A stretch of DNA of 64,000 nucleotides. Source: an uncultured Desulfatitalea sp. Its GTDB lineage: Bacteria; Desulfobacterota; Desulfobacteria; Desulfobacterales; Desulfosarcinaceae. The notes below the pieces were generated by a model. That model was not told the DNA's origin, did no database searches, and saw nothing but the letters and a program-made list of their open reading frames with translations. The stretch's first letter is position 1. Each line of letters begins with the position of its first letter. This document shows positions 17,719-27,597 of the stretch, piece after piece. The stretch covers positions 3,168,001 through 3,232,000 of the forward strand of contig CAXXMB010000002.1 of assembly GCA_963668675.2 (NCBI GenBank), given 5' to 3'. The position numbers and the translations under genes are program-made.

Positions 17719-19664
17719 GTTCAGTGAATCCGTGTGCGAGCAGGTACTTTCAACTCGGGCAAACGGGGGTTAGGCTCGATTTTCCCGACTCGGAATTTGC
17801 CGACCAGGCGTGCCGCCACATATTTCTTTCCGATAGTTTCCCGGGACAGGTCATTGCAACCCTTGAATATATCAACGATGAAGCGGTCGGCCGTGAGCTT
17901 TCTATGCCCGGGCGCCCCAATGTGGTTGGTATCTCTCGCAAAAAACGGGAAGACGGGCGGGAAAGACTTCTGCTTCAGATGTTCGATGCGTTTACGGTAG
18001 CACTGGATTTTTGCGATGATACTATCCAGATTCGCTATCCCTCCCATGCGCCGATACGGTTGCTGTTGGACGATGTGTTGCAAGCGGCCATGCAGTATGT
18101 GTTAGATCGCATTGGTGGATTTATTCTCCATGGCGCCTGCATGGTGCGGGATGGCCGTGCCATTGTCTTTATGGGCAACTCGGGTGCGGGGAAATCGACT
18201 TCGGCCTTCAACCTGATCCGTTTCGGTTTTCACTGTTATGCGGATGATGCGGTATTGGTGACCCCGGGAGAGGAGGGACTATTGGTATGGCCCTTGTCAC
18301 GCGAATTTTCTCTCCGTCCCCTCTCTTTCAAGCTTTTTGAAAAGCAGGGTATCCCCCTGGGAGATTATCAAAAAGAGGGTCAGAAATTCTATTTCAGCCA
18401 GACGGCCGAACGGCTGCCCGGAGCCCGACTGGAGCACATCTGCTTTCTGGAATTGAGCGGCGACGCGGAAACAACCTATACGCCTCTTGGCGAAGCGCAA
18501 ACCCTCTCCATTTTGTGTGAAAATAAGCGTCATTTCTCCTTTATGGGGCGCAGTGATGCGGAAAAATACGCCCGGACACTGGCACGGTGGACGCCAATGC
18601 CGATCTCCGCGCGGGTTGGAACCGACCTGCATTACCAGGGAAAGATCTTTGACCTGCTCCTTGCCGGAGGAGATAGCCAATCGTCCATCGGGATAAAACC
18701 CGTGTCACAGGCGGCAACGCGCAAGGAAAAGACGGCCTTGATTCGACAATCGTGGGGAACGGCCGGCAATTACAAGCTGGCTGATCTGATTCCATTGCTT
18801 GCTGATTATGACCCCCATGTCTTCAAGCTGGTGCTCAGCTTTTTCCAGACCCTTCCCGTTGCCAGGTTGCAACCTGTTCGCGAGCCGATTGCAATTCCCC
18901 AAGGCCCCATGACAAATTGTGCGCCTTGGGTGGATTTGTCTGAGTGGATAAATGGGTGTGAAAAACTCATGGCGGAGTCGGCGTTGGAGGTCCTTCAGCG
19001 ATTTGTCTATCCTTGGTTTGTGTCGGCCCCGTTACTCTATCCGTTTCTAAGGGCGTTGGCGGCAGGTGAAAAGGATCGACTGCCGATAATTCAACAGGCG
19101 TGGCAGCAGTTTTTGGAAAGGCAGTACAAAGGTGAGGGGATCCGTCAAAATGACAATGTCGGATCAGCGCCCAAGGAAGAGAAGGCGGAAATCCCTCGCG
19201 TGGATAGAATTGCGGTCGTCTGGATCTCAGCGAACGGAAAAGGCGATTGGCAATTGGTGGCCGATGAAATTGAGAATACGCATGGGAATAGACAGTTGAC
19301 GGTCATCCCCGTTGTGAACAGAGAAAAGCGTCTGCCCCAATGCGAAGCCCTTATCCACCATCTGAGTCGGAGAGGGGTAAACGTTAAAATTGCCCGGCAG
19401 ATTCCGCTGTGTCAGTTGAATGATGAAGATGCCACATCACTTCTTTCGTCGAACCGATTTGACTACCATCGCTTCGAAGACGAGAAGCGGTCATGTGCGG
19501 TTGTCTTTTCAGACGTCGGTCGAATGAAGAGCGACAGCTATTCATCGTTTGCAGAAGCGGCGAAACAGGTAGGTTTTAGCCGCGAGCCAATAGCCTTCGA
19601 GCAGTGTGACGGATGTGCGATGACTTCGCTGGGCTTGTGCTGCGGAGGCTTTCTGTTACAGTAA
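17715..19664 (+). CDS. HPr-kinase-like P-loop kinase with long C-terminal extension ending in a SPASM-like Cys motif
   Basis: LHGACM...GNSGAGKST...YADDAVLV HprK-type motifs; C-terminal IPLC and CDGCAMTSLGLCCGG; ATGA overlap with upstream gene. Confidence 0.8.
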   Translation: MSSVNPCASRYFQLGQTGVRLDFPDSEFADQACRHIFLSDSFPGQVIATLEYINDEAVGRELSMPGRPNVVGISRKKREDGRERLLLQMFDAFTVALDFCDDTIQIRYPSHAPIRLLLDDVLQAAMQYVLDRIGGFILHGACMVRDGRAIVFMGNSGAGKSTSAFNLIRFGFHCYADDAVLVTPGEEGLLVWPLSREFSLRPLSFKLFEKQGIPLGDYQKEGQKFYFSQTAERLPGARLEHICFLELSGDAETTYTPLGEAQTLSILCENKRHFSFMGRSDAEKYARTLARWTPMPISARVGTDLHYQGKIFDLLLAGGDSQSSIGIKPVSQAATRKEKTALIRQSWGTAGNYKLADLIPLLADYDPHVFKLVLSFFQTLPVARLQPVREPIAIPQGPMTNCAPWVDLSEWINGCEKLMAESALEVLQRFVYPWFVSAPLLYPFLRALAAGEKDRLPIIQQAWQQFLERQYKGEGIRQNDNVGSAPKEEKAEIPRVDRIAVVWISANGKGDWQLVADEIENTHGNRQLTVIPVVNREKRLPQCEALIHHLSRRGVNVKIARQIPLCQLNDEDATSLLSSNRFDYHRFEDEKRSCAVVFSDVGRMKSDSYSSFAEAAKQVGFSREPIAFEQCDGCAMTSLGLCCGGFLLQ

Positions 19665-19684
19665 CGAGAAAAGAGAGATATATC

Positions 19685-20653
19685 ATGGCCAACGTTTTAT
19701 GGACCACCTATTGCAACCGCAACTGCGCCTACTGTTTTGCCCAGGGAAAGGTGGATTTGAACAGAGACAAGGGCGACCCATCCAAGAACCTGAGCATGGA
19801 TGCCTTGGAGAAGATCATCTCCTTCTATAAGAGGAGCCTTTTGCGCCGGTTTTCGATTTTGGGCGGAGAGCCTACCCTCCATCCTCAGTTCACAACATTG
19901 TTGGACCGGGTGTTGGCCGAACCGAGTTTTAAGATGGTCTTGGTCTTTACCAACGGACTTATTCCGGAGCCGGTCCTCGACTACCTGGAGAACCAGCAGG
20001 ACGACCGGCTTCAGATCGCCTTGAATTTTAACGCGCCGAGTGTTTATCCTCAGGAACAACTTGATCATATCGAAGAAACCCTTAAAAGAGTGGGGCCGAA
20101 AGTCGGTTTGGGCATCAATATCTATAAAGCCGGCCAGGACTACAAGTATCTTGTCGATGCTATCAACGAATACGATATGGTCCGCCATATTCGACTGGGA
20201 TTGACCCATCCCATTGTCGGGGCTGGAAATCGCTATGCCAGGCGGAAGGACTTCCCCGCCATCGCAGAGGATATCGTCGCTTTTGCAAAAGTTGTCGAGC
20301 GAAACAACATCAGCTTCTCATTTGATTGCGGTTTTGAATTTTGCATGTTCTCTTTAGAGCAGCACAAAACCTTACTTGGCTGCGGGATTCGGTTTACATC
20401 GCGCTGCGATCCCATCGTCGACATCGGTCCGGACCTGAACGTGTGGCGCTGTTTCCCGATGTTGGGTGATGTCTGCGGAAAGCTTGATGCGTTTGAGACC
20501 CGCAACGATATTATCGATCATTTTAACAAGAAGTACAGGCATATCAAGCGAATGGGCAATCGACCCGAATGCCCCCAGTGCCGCTACCAGGCCACTGGTT
20601 TGTGCAGCGGCGGGTGCCTGGCCCGAACGCTTATCTCTTTCAAAGCCAAGTAA
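19685..20653 (+). CDS. radical SAM protein with SPASM-type auxiliary cluster motif
   Basis: CNRNCAYC (CxxxCxxC), GGEPTLHP, FTNG; C-terminal RCDP..DIGPD..VWRCF and CPQC-x7-CSGGC. Confidence 0.93.
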   Translation: MANVLWTTYCNRNCAYCFAQGKVDLNRDKGDPSKNLSMDALEKIISFYKRSLLRRFSILGGEPTLHPQFTTLLDRVLAEPSFKMVLVFTNGLIPEPVLDYLENQQDDRLQIALNFNAPSVYPQEQLDHIEETLKRVGPKVGLGINIYKAGQDYKYLVDAINEYDMVRHIRLGLTHPIVGAGNRYARRKDFPAIAEDIVAFAKVVERNNISFSFDCGFEFCMFSLEQHKTLLGCGIRFTSRCDPIVDIGPDLNVWRCFPMLGDVCGKLDAFETRNDIIDHFNKKYRHIKRMGNRPECPQCRYQATGLCSGGCLARTLISFKAK

Positions 20654-20655
20654 AC

Positions 20656-22014
20656 ATGAGACCCCATCGATCTTCAAAAACAGCACAATATCGTTATCGG
20701 CTCGGTTTGCGCTATCAATACCTCAGTCGTATTGCCCGGGTACACTTTTTACGGCTGCTGTTAAAGATATGCCTGGCTGTTTTCTGGATCGAAGCGGTGA
20801 TACGTCCTCTCCCCAAGCGCGACCATAAGAATATCTTGGTTATGGTCATTGGAGGTTTGGGGGATTGTCTGCTGTTCGATCCGCTGTTCCGGCGACTTAA
20901 AGAGAGGTGGCCCGGTGCCAGGATCGATGTTATCAGCGGTAGCTTTGAGCAGATGTGGGCCCTCATGGCATCGGTGGACAACCTGATCCTCTTTACCCCG
21001 ACCAAGTTTAAACCCCCATGGGCATACATCAAACTGTTTCGTACGATCTATCGAAATCAATATGATTTGGTGGCCGAAGGAATCGCCTTTCTGCCCAAGA
21101 GGGGGATCTATCCGATCTTTACCTCCCTGGTTTTTTCTGCCAGCCGGGCGCCGATTCGCATCGGACGGCCCAATGTCGGACACATTGGAAAGATGCGCAT
21201 AAGAGAGATGGGATTCGTCGGTCGTGAGGAGATGCGCAGTGGCAGGAATAGACGGAATCATTCAACCAATCCATTTATAACCCACACCCTTCAGCTTGTC
21301 CCACCGGAAAGCCGCAGTGCCCACGAGAGTGCCTATATCTTCGAACCACTGGGCATGCCATTTCATCGTCGACCCGATGAGCCGGCACTGGTGGCCGATC
21401 CACCCAACGACATCTGGGCTGCGGACCGGCTGGCTCAGCATTGGCCGACAGATCGTCGCCCTCTCGTCGGCGTTACCCTGGAAACCACCCGATCCATCAA
21501 GAGCTGGCCACTGGAAAATTATGTTGCTATTATCGAGAGCGGCATTCGTGATGGGTACCGTTTCCTCTTGCTCGGTCTGGATCGAGATCTCTCCAGGAAG
21601 GTATCACAGCGGTTCTCTCAAGAGATGGTGCTTGATGTTTCAGGCCAAACGACCCTGGCCCAGATGATCGCGTTGATTCGACAATGCCATGCGTTTGTAT
21701 CCGGCGATACCGGGCCGTCGCACATCGCCCAGGCCTGCCGTGTACCGACGGTTGTTCTTTTTGGTCCCTCCAATGAACGTGAGTTCGGGCCCATGGACGC
21801 AGATCTGCACACGCTGATGTTGCCGCCTGAAAAACTGTCCTGCCGTCCGTGCGTGTTAGGGCCTTGTGTGCGTGGGCGCAGCTGTATCCGGTCGATCAGG
21901 CCAGTCGATGTATATGAAGCTCTTAAGGAAAAAGTGGCGCAATCGACAAATGGCACTCACAGTCGTCCGCAGCCTTTACGCGGAACACCCCAGCGCATTT
22001 TGTGTGTCATTTAA
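20656..22014 (+). CDS. glycosyltransferase family 9 (heptosyltransferase-like)
   Basis: GGLGDCLL, KSWPLENY, GQTTLAQM, FVSGDTGPSHIAQACRVPTVVLFGPS. Confidence 0.88.
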   Translation: MRPHRSSKTAQYRYRLGLRYQYLSRIARVHFLRLLLKICLAVFWIEAVIRPLPKRDHKNILVMVIGGLGDCLLFDPLFRRLKERWPGARIDVISGSFEQMWALMASVDNLILFTPTKFKPPWAYIKLFRTIYRNQYDLVAEGIAFLPKRGIYPIFTSLVFSASRAPIRIGRPNVGHIGKMRIREMGFVGREEMRSGRNRRNHSTNPFITHTLQLVPPESRSAHESAYIFEPLGMPFHRRPDEPALVADPPNDIWAADRLAQHWPTDRRPLVGVTLETTRSIKSWPLENYVAIIESGIRDGYRFLLLGLDRDLSRKVSQRFSQEMVLDVSGQTTLAQMIALIRQCHAFVSGDTGPSHIAQACRVPTVVLFGPSNEREFGPMDADLHTLMLPPEKLSCRPCVLGPCVRGRSCIRSIRPVDVYEALKEKVAQSTNGTHSRPQPLRGTPQRILCVI

Positions 22015-22019
22015 GGAGT

Positions 22020-23885
22020 ATGTTTTTGGCTGCAGAAAAAGAACATCAGACACCCTCCGGCCCTCAACTGATGAAGGGCTACCGGTCCATTCCGGGAGGA
22101 TACGACACCATTTCCGGAAAAGAGGTCTTCCGTCTGTTCTGGAGGTATGCGCGCTACGAGAAGAGGGTGTTTCTGGTTATCCTTTTTTCAGTAATCCTGC
22201 AGGGCGGCGTCGCCGGCGGCACCATCTATCTGCTTAAAAGCGCCCTGGATCAGTTTTTTGAAAAGCAGAACCTGAACACAGTGATGTTTCTGGTCGGCAC
22301 ACTGTTTCTGGCCACAGTGCTCAAGAGCGGATTGGAGTTCCTGTTCAACTGGAAAAAAGCTGTCGCTGTGGCACGTATCAATGATCAGTTGGTGATCAAG
22401 GCGTTTCGCCACCTGCTCTATAATCCTTTCCGGTATCACATCGGGGAGCGGGACCGCAAAAAATACGCCTGGGTGTTGAAAGATGCCATGAAGTTTATTA
22501 ATTCGATTTTCGGCATGTTCAATGCCTGGGCCAAGCAGCCCTTTGTGCTGCTCAGCACGGTAGTGGCTCTGTGGATCATCTCGCCTGTATTGACTTTCGT
22601 TGGCTTGGTGCTCGCGCCCCTTGGGATTCCTTGTATCCTCTTTTTGAAACGCAAGATTAAGGATTTTGTTGCCGAGCGGAAGATGCTGCTGGGCGTGATC
22701 GAAGAGGTGGTCTCCGAGAGTATTCGCAGTATCCGTATCGTCAAGGTATTTGGCCTGGAAGAGCGCAACGTCGCCCAGTTGGCAACCGCCATCGATAAGC
22801 AACGAGACATCAACATGAAAAACGCCTTCTACCTCGGGTTGATGTCTCCGTTGTCGGAATTGATCGGCTTTATCGGCCTGGCCGTGATTATTTTCGCCGG
22901 CAGTCAGCGCATCATCGACGGCAGCTTTACGACAGGTACTTTTTTCGTCTTCATCATGGCTTTTTTGAATATCTACAGGCCACTGAAGGACATCTCCAAC
23001 GGTTTCATGAACTACCAGTTGGCCCTGGATGCGGGCCGGCGGTTGATTATCCTCGAGCAGCGGGCTGCAAAAGTGCAGAGCAACCAGGGCAGTGTCATGC
23101 TCGATCGTTTCAGCCAGTTGGAGGTGAGGGATCTCTGGTTTGCCTATGACGTTGCTGACAGTGGCGGAGAACAGGAAGCAACAGAGACCGAATACGTGCT
23201 AAGGGGCTTGTCTTTGACGCTTCACGCCGGTGAGGCCATGGCACTGGTCGGCGCCACCGGCGCCGGGAAAAGTACATTGTGTGATCTGATCTGCCGTTTG
23301 TATGAACCCTCCAAAGGAGAACTGCTCGTAAACGGCACACCCGCTTCAGATTTTTCCAAAGAGAGTTTTACGGCATCATTTGCGCTCTGTTCACAAGACA
23401 CCATCGTGTTCAATAACGCTTTGTTCGAGGAGATCCGGGTGGCAGCACCGGAATCCTCAATGGAGGAGGTCTGGCGTGTGGCCGACGCCGTCGGATTGTC
23501 GGCCTATATGTCCACAGGTCGTCGCAATTGGGAGAGCTGGATCGGAGACCGCGGCGTTCAATTCTCCGGTGGGCAAAGGCAGATGATCGCCATCGCCAGA
23601 GCCCTGCTGCGCAAACCTCGGGTGTTGATCATGGATGAAGCCATGTCCGGTCTGGATGTGGAGACCGGCCGGCTTCTTTGGGAGAACATTCGTCGCATGC
23701 TGCCCGACACGGCGATACTGGCCATCTCCCACAACTGGGATGTGATCCGGCACTGCCAGCGGGTTAGCGTGATGGTCGAGGGGCGTATCACCAAGACCAT
23801 GCAGGTGGCGGAGATCGAAGACAAAGATCAGTTTTTTAGAAGCCTTCATATCGAGCGCCAGAAGAGCGGACATTCCCATGAATAA
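22020..23885 (+). CDS. ABC exporter, fused TMD+NBD (MsbA-like), no C39 peptidase domain
   Basis: TM helices, GATGAGKST, FSGGQRQ, LIMDEA; RBS AAGGAG before ATG 22020. Confidence 0.92.
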   Translation: MFLAAEKEHQTPSGPQLMKGYRSIPGGYDTISGKEVFRLFWRYARYEKRVFLVILFSVILQGGVAGGTIYLLKSALDQFFEKQNLNTVMFLVGTLFLATVLKSGLEFLFNWKKAVAVARINDQLVIKAFRHLLYNPFRYHIGERDRKKYAWVLKDAMKFINSIFGMFNAWAKQPFVLLSTVVALWIISPVLTFVGLVLAPLGIPCILFLKRKIKDFVAERKMLLGVIEEVVSESIRSIRIVKVFGLEERNVAQLATAIDKQRDINMKNAFYLGLMSPLSELIGFIGLAVIIFAGSQRIIDGSFTTGTFFVFIMAFLNIYRPLKDISNGFMNYQLALDAGRRLIILEQRAAKVQSNQGSVMLDRFSQLEVRDLWFAYDVADSGGEQEATETEYVLRGLSLTLHAGEAMALVGATGAGKSTLCDLICRLYEPSKGELLVNGTPASDFSKESFTASFALCSQDTIVFNNALFEEIRVAAPESSMEEVWRVADAVGLSAYMSTGRRNWESWIGDRGVQFSGGQRQMIAIARALLRKPRVLIMDEAMSGLDVETGRLLWENIRRMLPDTAILAISHNWDVIRHCQRVSVMVEGRITKTMQVAEIEDKDQFFRSLHIERQKSGHSHE

Positions 23886-24879
23886 GAACAAGGTGCTGTG
23901 CGAGTGCCTGAAAGGTCTGCTGGCATTTGAAGATCGGTTTGAACAGGTGCCCGATAGGCGGGCCAGATGGCTCGGTGAGCGTCTTGCATGGCACAAAGTC
24001 CTGCCGCTTGCTGCGGCAATTCAAGACCCCGGCAAGCCCAAGTGCCGGACCTTGGCTGATATCTTAAACAAAGCCAACCTGCATAACATGATGCGGGAGG
24101 AGCATTACTTCAGGCAAGTTAGGTCTCTTTTCAGCGCCCTGGACCAATGGGAGGTTGAATATGTTCCCTTCAAAGGCCCTTTTTGGTTTGTGCCGCTTTA
24201 TGAGGCCTACCATTGGCGCCATATCGGCGATATCGATCTGCTCTTGCCCAAATCGGATATTCCTAAAGCCACCGAGATGATGGTGGCCCTGGGGTATCGA
24301 CCCCATTATCTGAGTGGCGGCCTGGAGCAGGAGCTTGTTGGCGGCAGGGGGGAGCTGGCTTTTTCCCCGGACCCTTCCCGGCCCAATGATGTGGTGGTGG
24401 AGCTTCACTGGGACCCCATGCCCAGCCCGCGTTTCATGCGTCGCCAATTTCTGAGCTATGAAGACTTCACGCGTCGGACCATTTGCGGTCAATGGCGGGG
24501 GCTCTCCTATGCCATGCCCTCGTTGGAAGTCCAGTTCTTGTACCTGGTTCTTCATGCCACCTGTCAACACCAATTCATGCGCTTCGTGCATGTGACGACC
24601 ATCGTTCACTATATCCAAAGACGATTTCATTTGAATTTCGAAGAGGTGTTCGAACTGGCAGCCGAACGGCACGCCAGCACGCCCCTTTTTTATGGATTGT
24701 CCTTTGCGAATGCTTTTTGGGCGTTGCCGAAGCCATTGCGGGAATTGAAAGCACGAATAAGCGTCCCGTTGAAGAGCAGATTGGTGACAAAGCTGCTCTC
24801 TCCCCGTTCCATTGTACAAGGGAACGATAAAAAAGGGACAATCCGTAGAAATCTATTCAGGACAGCGATCAGTTGGTAA
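23878..24879 (+). CDS. nucleotidyltransferase family protein (type found in lasso-peptide clusters)
   Basis: PFKG...LY...RHIGDIDLLL, VELHW, YLVLH pattern. Confidence 0.82.
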   Translation: MNKNKVLCECLKGLLAFEDRFEQVPDRRARWLGERLAWHKVLPLAAAIQDPGKPKCRTLADILNKANLHNMMREEHYFRQVRSLFSALDQWEVEYVPFKGPFWFVPLYEAYHWRHIGDIDLLLPKSDIPKATEMMVALGYRPHYLSGGLEQELVGGRGELAFSPDPSRPNDVVVELHWDPMPSPRFMRRQFLSYEDFTRRTICGQWRGLSYAMPSLEVQFLYLVLHATCQHQFMRFVHVTTIVHYIQRRFHLNFEEVFELAAERHASTPLFYGLSFANAFWALPKPLRELKARISVPLKSRLVTKLLSPRSIVQGNDKKGTIRRNLFRTAISW

Positions 24880-24911
24880 AAATTACGTTTGGGATACTGC
24901 CGCAAAAAAAG

Positions 24912-26009
24912 ATGAAGAAAAAGTCTTCGAAACACCTGCTGAAAATTACGACAATTCTTCACAATTTTGAATCGATCGCTTTCGGAAAAACACCGGAGGA
25001 GAATCGCTATTTCCAAACCAGCGATGGCGGGCGATTCATAAAAGTATCGTCATTTAATCGACGTAATACCAGCGCTGCACCGACAAAATCTGAGAATCCC
25101 GACCTCTGCGTACACCCGTCTAATATCAAGGAGCATCTGAGATGGTGCAAGCGCTGCCTGTTCGATAGTGTCGTCTTGCCATCCAACGCCGATGTTATCC
25201 TTCTGCGGGCCAATATCAGCCTTTTTTATCTCCAAGACGCTATCCGAATCAAAATTAATGTCGGAAACCCTGAAAGGCCTGCGGAAGGGCTGAAAACAGA
25301 GTATGCACTTCGTAAGAGAGTGGAAAAGATGGACCTTCTAAAAGTGCCTCGGCTTCTTGAGGGACGTTTCGAGGAGAATTCATCATTTTTAATGGATGAG
25401 GTGATTCCGGGCAGATTATTGGCATGGGAGGATCAAGGTGCCGAAGCGGTGTTCAGACGATTGATCCCCGATATTTGGAAGTATTACCAATCTGTTGGTA
25501 TAGAGTGGATGACGCCCGGGGAACGCGGCGATGATGTGGACAAGGTCATCCACGAATACACCCAGGCGTTGGAGGCCAAACCTGAAATCTGCTTCCCCTT
25601 TGACTTAAAGAAGATCGAGGGTTTTCGCGATCGCATTCTGCCCTGCGCTCAGATTCACGGCGATTTGGCAATCCACAATATCATCGTCTCCCCTGATGGG
25701 GATTTTTTGGTAGACTGGGAATCCTCCACCTTCGACTATCTTATACGCGATTTCCACAAGCTGTTAATCATCGATGAGTGGCATCTGGATCGTCAGATCA
25801 GGCCGCTGATGGAAATCGAGATTGAAGAGCAGCGCAAATCGACTGGTAATGCCCCCCTCTCTTTCAACGACCAACTCTACTGGATCCTCTTCCTTCAGGT
25901 CCACAACATGGTGACGACACCTTACTATCCTCAACGGTTGCTGCGAAAAGCGCAGAACACATTGGACCACTTTTTCCTAACGACTACTCGTGCTGCGGAT
26001 AGCCTGTAA
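24912..26009 (+). CDS. APH/choline-kinase-like phosphotransferase
   Basis: [17 protein letters not shown] (Brenner motif), LVDWE; start may be 24873. Confidence 0.78.
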   Translation: MKKKSSKHLLKITTILHNFESIAFGKTPEENRYFQTSDGGRFIKVSSFNRRNTSAAPTKSENPDLCVHPSNIKEHLRWCKRCLFDSVVLPSNADVILLRANISLFYLQDAIRIKINVGNPERPAEGLKTEYALRKRVEKMDLLKVPRLLEGRFEENSSFLMDEVIPGRLLAWEDQGAEAVFRRLIPDIWKYYQSVGIEWMTPGERGDDVDKVIHEYTQALEAKPEICFPFDLKKIEGFRDRILPCAQIHGDLAIHNIIVSPDGDFLVDWESSTFDYLIRDFHKLLIIDEWHLDRQIRPLMEIEIEEQRKSTGNAPLSFNDQLYWILFLQVHNMVTTPYYPQRLLRKAQNTLDHFFLTTTRAADSL

Positions 26010-27549
26010 TATCGCGAATTTTTTCATAGAGCGGTTTGAGCCGCTTGTACATCTGCCGGTAGACTTCATGATAGAGACGGTTGTACTGGCGGTGCTGAAC
26101 CGGGTCGGGTTCGAACAGGGTGCCGGTATGGGTCATGGCCTGGACCGCCGAAGTAAAATCAGGGTAGAGATCGAGGCCTACCGCTGCGTCGATGGCGGCT
26201 CCCAAACCGGCAGTTTCATAAATATGGGGACGGGCCGTCGGCAGCCCGAAGATGTCGGCCGTGAGTTGCACTGCCTGGTCGCTTTGCGATCCGCCGCCCG
26301 ATACCCGCAACGTGGTGATCCGGGTTTTGGCCCGTCGCTCGAGGCGCTCTTTGCCCTCGCGCAGGGCATAGGCCAGTCCTTCGAGCATGGCGCGATAGAG
26401 ATGGGCGCGGGTGTGGACATCCCCGAAGCCGATGACGGCCCCTTTGGCTTCCGGGCCCGGAAACTTCAAACCGGGACTCCAGTAGGGTTGCAGCATCAGC
26501 CCCATGGCGCCGGGCGGGACCTCTTCGAGCAGCCGTTCGAACAGGATTTCGGGTGTGACTCCCTTCTCCTGCGCCTTTTGCTGCTCCAGATGGCCGAACT
26601 GCTCTTTGAACCACTCGACCATCCAGTAGCCCCGGTAGACCTCTACCTCAACGTTGTAGTGGCCCGGTACCGCGGCCGGGTAGGCGGGCAGAATCCGGAT
26701 CGGTTCGACATAGCGTCCGTGGGTCATGTTGATGGTGGCGGTGGTGCCGTAGCTCAGACATCCGATATGGCTGGCCAGGGCGCCCGATCCGATCACCTCG
26801 CACGCCTTGTCCGCTGCCGCTGCGATCAACGGAAGGCCGGCGGGAATCCCCGTCTCTTCGGCTGCCCGGTTGCTGATCTGACCCATCGGGGCGGCCGGCG
26901 CAATCAGTTTTGGCAGCATGCTTTCGACAACCGGCAGGCATCGCCAGTGCCAGTCCCATTTGCGGGCCCACTGCAGGCGCTTGTAGTCGAAGGGGATGTA
27001 GCCGACCTGACATCCCACCGAGTCGACAAATTCTCCAGTGAGCTGGTAGGTGAGATAGCCGGAGAGCAGCAGGTATTTGTGGGTGCGGCGCCACACGTCG
27101 CTGTCGTACATCGCCAGCCAGTTGGCTTCTGCTTCGGAGCGAATGTAGTTGATTGTACCGCTCAGGCCGGCCAGGCGGAAGATCCAGCCCCATGCACCGC
27201 CCAGGGGCGGCAGTCCGCGTGACTTGCGCTGATCGAGCCATATGATGGCAGGGCGCAGCGGTTTTCCATCCCTGTCCATGTTGACCACTGTGGCCCTCTG
27301 GGTCGTCAAGGCCACGCCGGCTATCGCCTCCCTGGAGACGTCGCCGGATGCCCACAGCTTTTGGCACGCTTCGCAGAGGGCGCTCCAGAAGCGTTCCGGG
27401 GCCTGTTCGGCCCATCCGGGCTGCGGGGAGACATAAGGCTTGAAGGCCACCTGCGATTTGGCTGTCATCTGACCATTAAGATCGAACACCATCGCCTTGA
27501 GACTCTGGGTGCCGTTGTCGATGGCCAGAATCAGGTCACTTTGAGGCAT
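25984..27549 (-). CDS. FGGY-family carbohydrate/polyol kinase
   Basis: [43 protein letters not shown]. Confidence 0.92.
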   Translation of the reverse strand: MPQSDLILAIDNGTQSLKAMVFDLNGQMTAKSQVAFKPYVSPQPGWAEQAPERFWSALCEACQKLWASGDVSREAIAGVALTTQRATVVNMDRDGKPLRPAIIWLDQRKSRGLPPLGGAWGWIFRLAGLSGTINYIRSEAEANWLAMYDSDVWRRTHKYLLLSGYLTYQLTGEFVDSVGCQVGYIPFDYKRLQWARKWDWHWRCLPVVESMLPKLIAPAAPMGQISNRAAEETGIPAGLPLIAAAADKACEVIGSGALASHIGCLSYGTTATINMTHGRYVEPIRILPAYPAAVPGHYNVEVEVYRGYWMVEWFKEQFGHLEQQKAQEKGVTPEILFERLLEEVPPGAMGLMLQPYWSPGLKFPGPEAKGAVIGFGDVHTRAHLYRAMLEGLAYALREGKERLERRAKTRITTLRVSGGGSQSDQAVQLTADIFGLPTARPHIYETAGLGAAIDAAVGLDLYPDFTSAVQAMTHTGTLFEPDPVQHRQYNRLYHEVYRQMYKRLKPLYEKIRDITGYPQHE

Positions 27550-27597
27550 GGGCAATTACACCTTTACTCTAAACGTTCCACTTTCATACTTTCAACT

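Noticed and set aside
16711..20653. PQQ biosynthesis (PqqD + PqqE-like rSAM)
   Set aside because: No pqqB/pqqC, and the peptide lacks the PqqA ExxxY core context; B2 peptidase and leader point to another RiPP.
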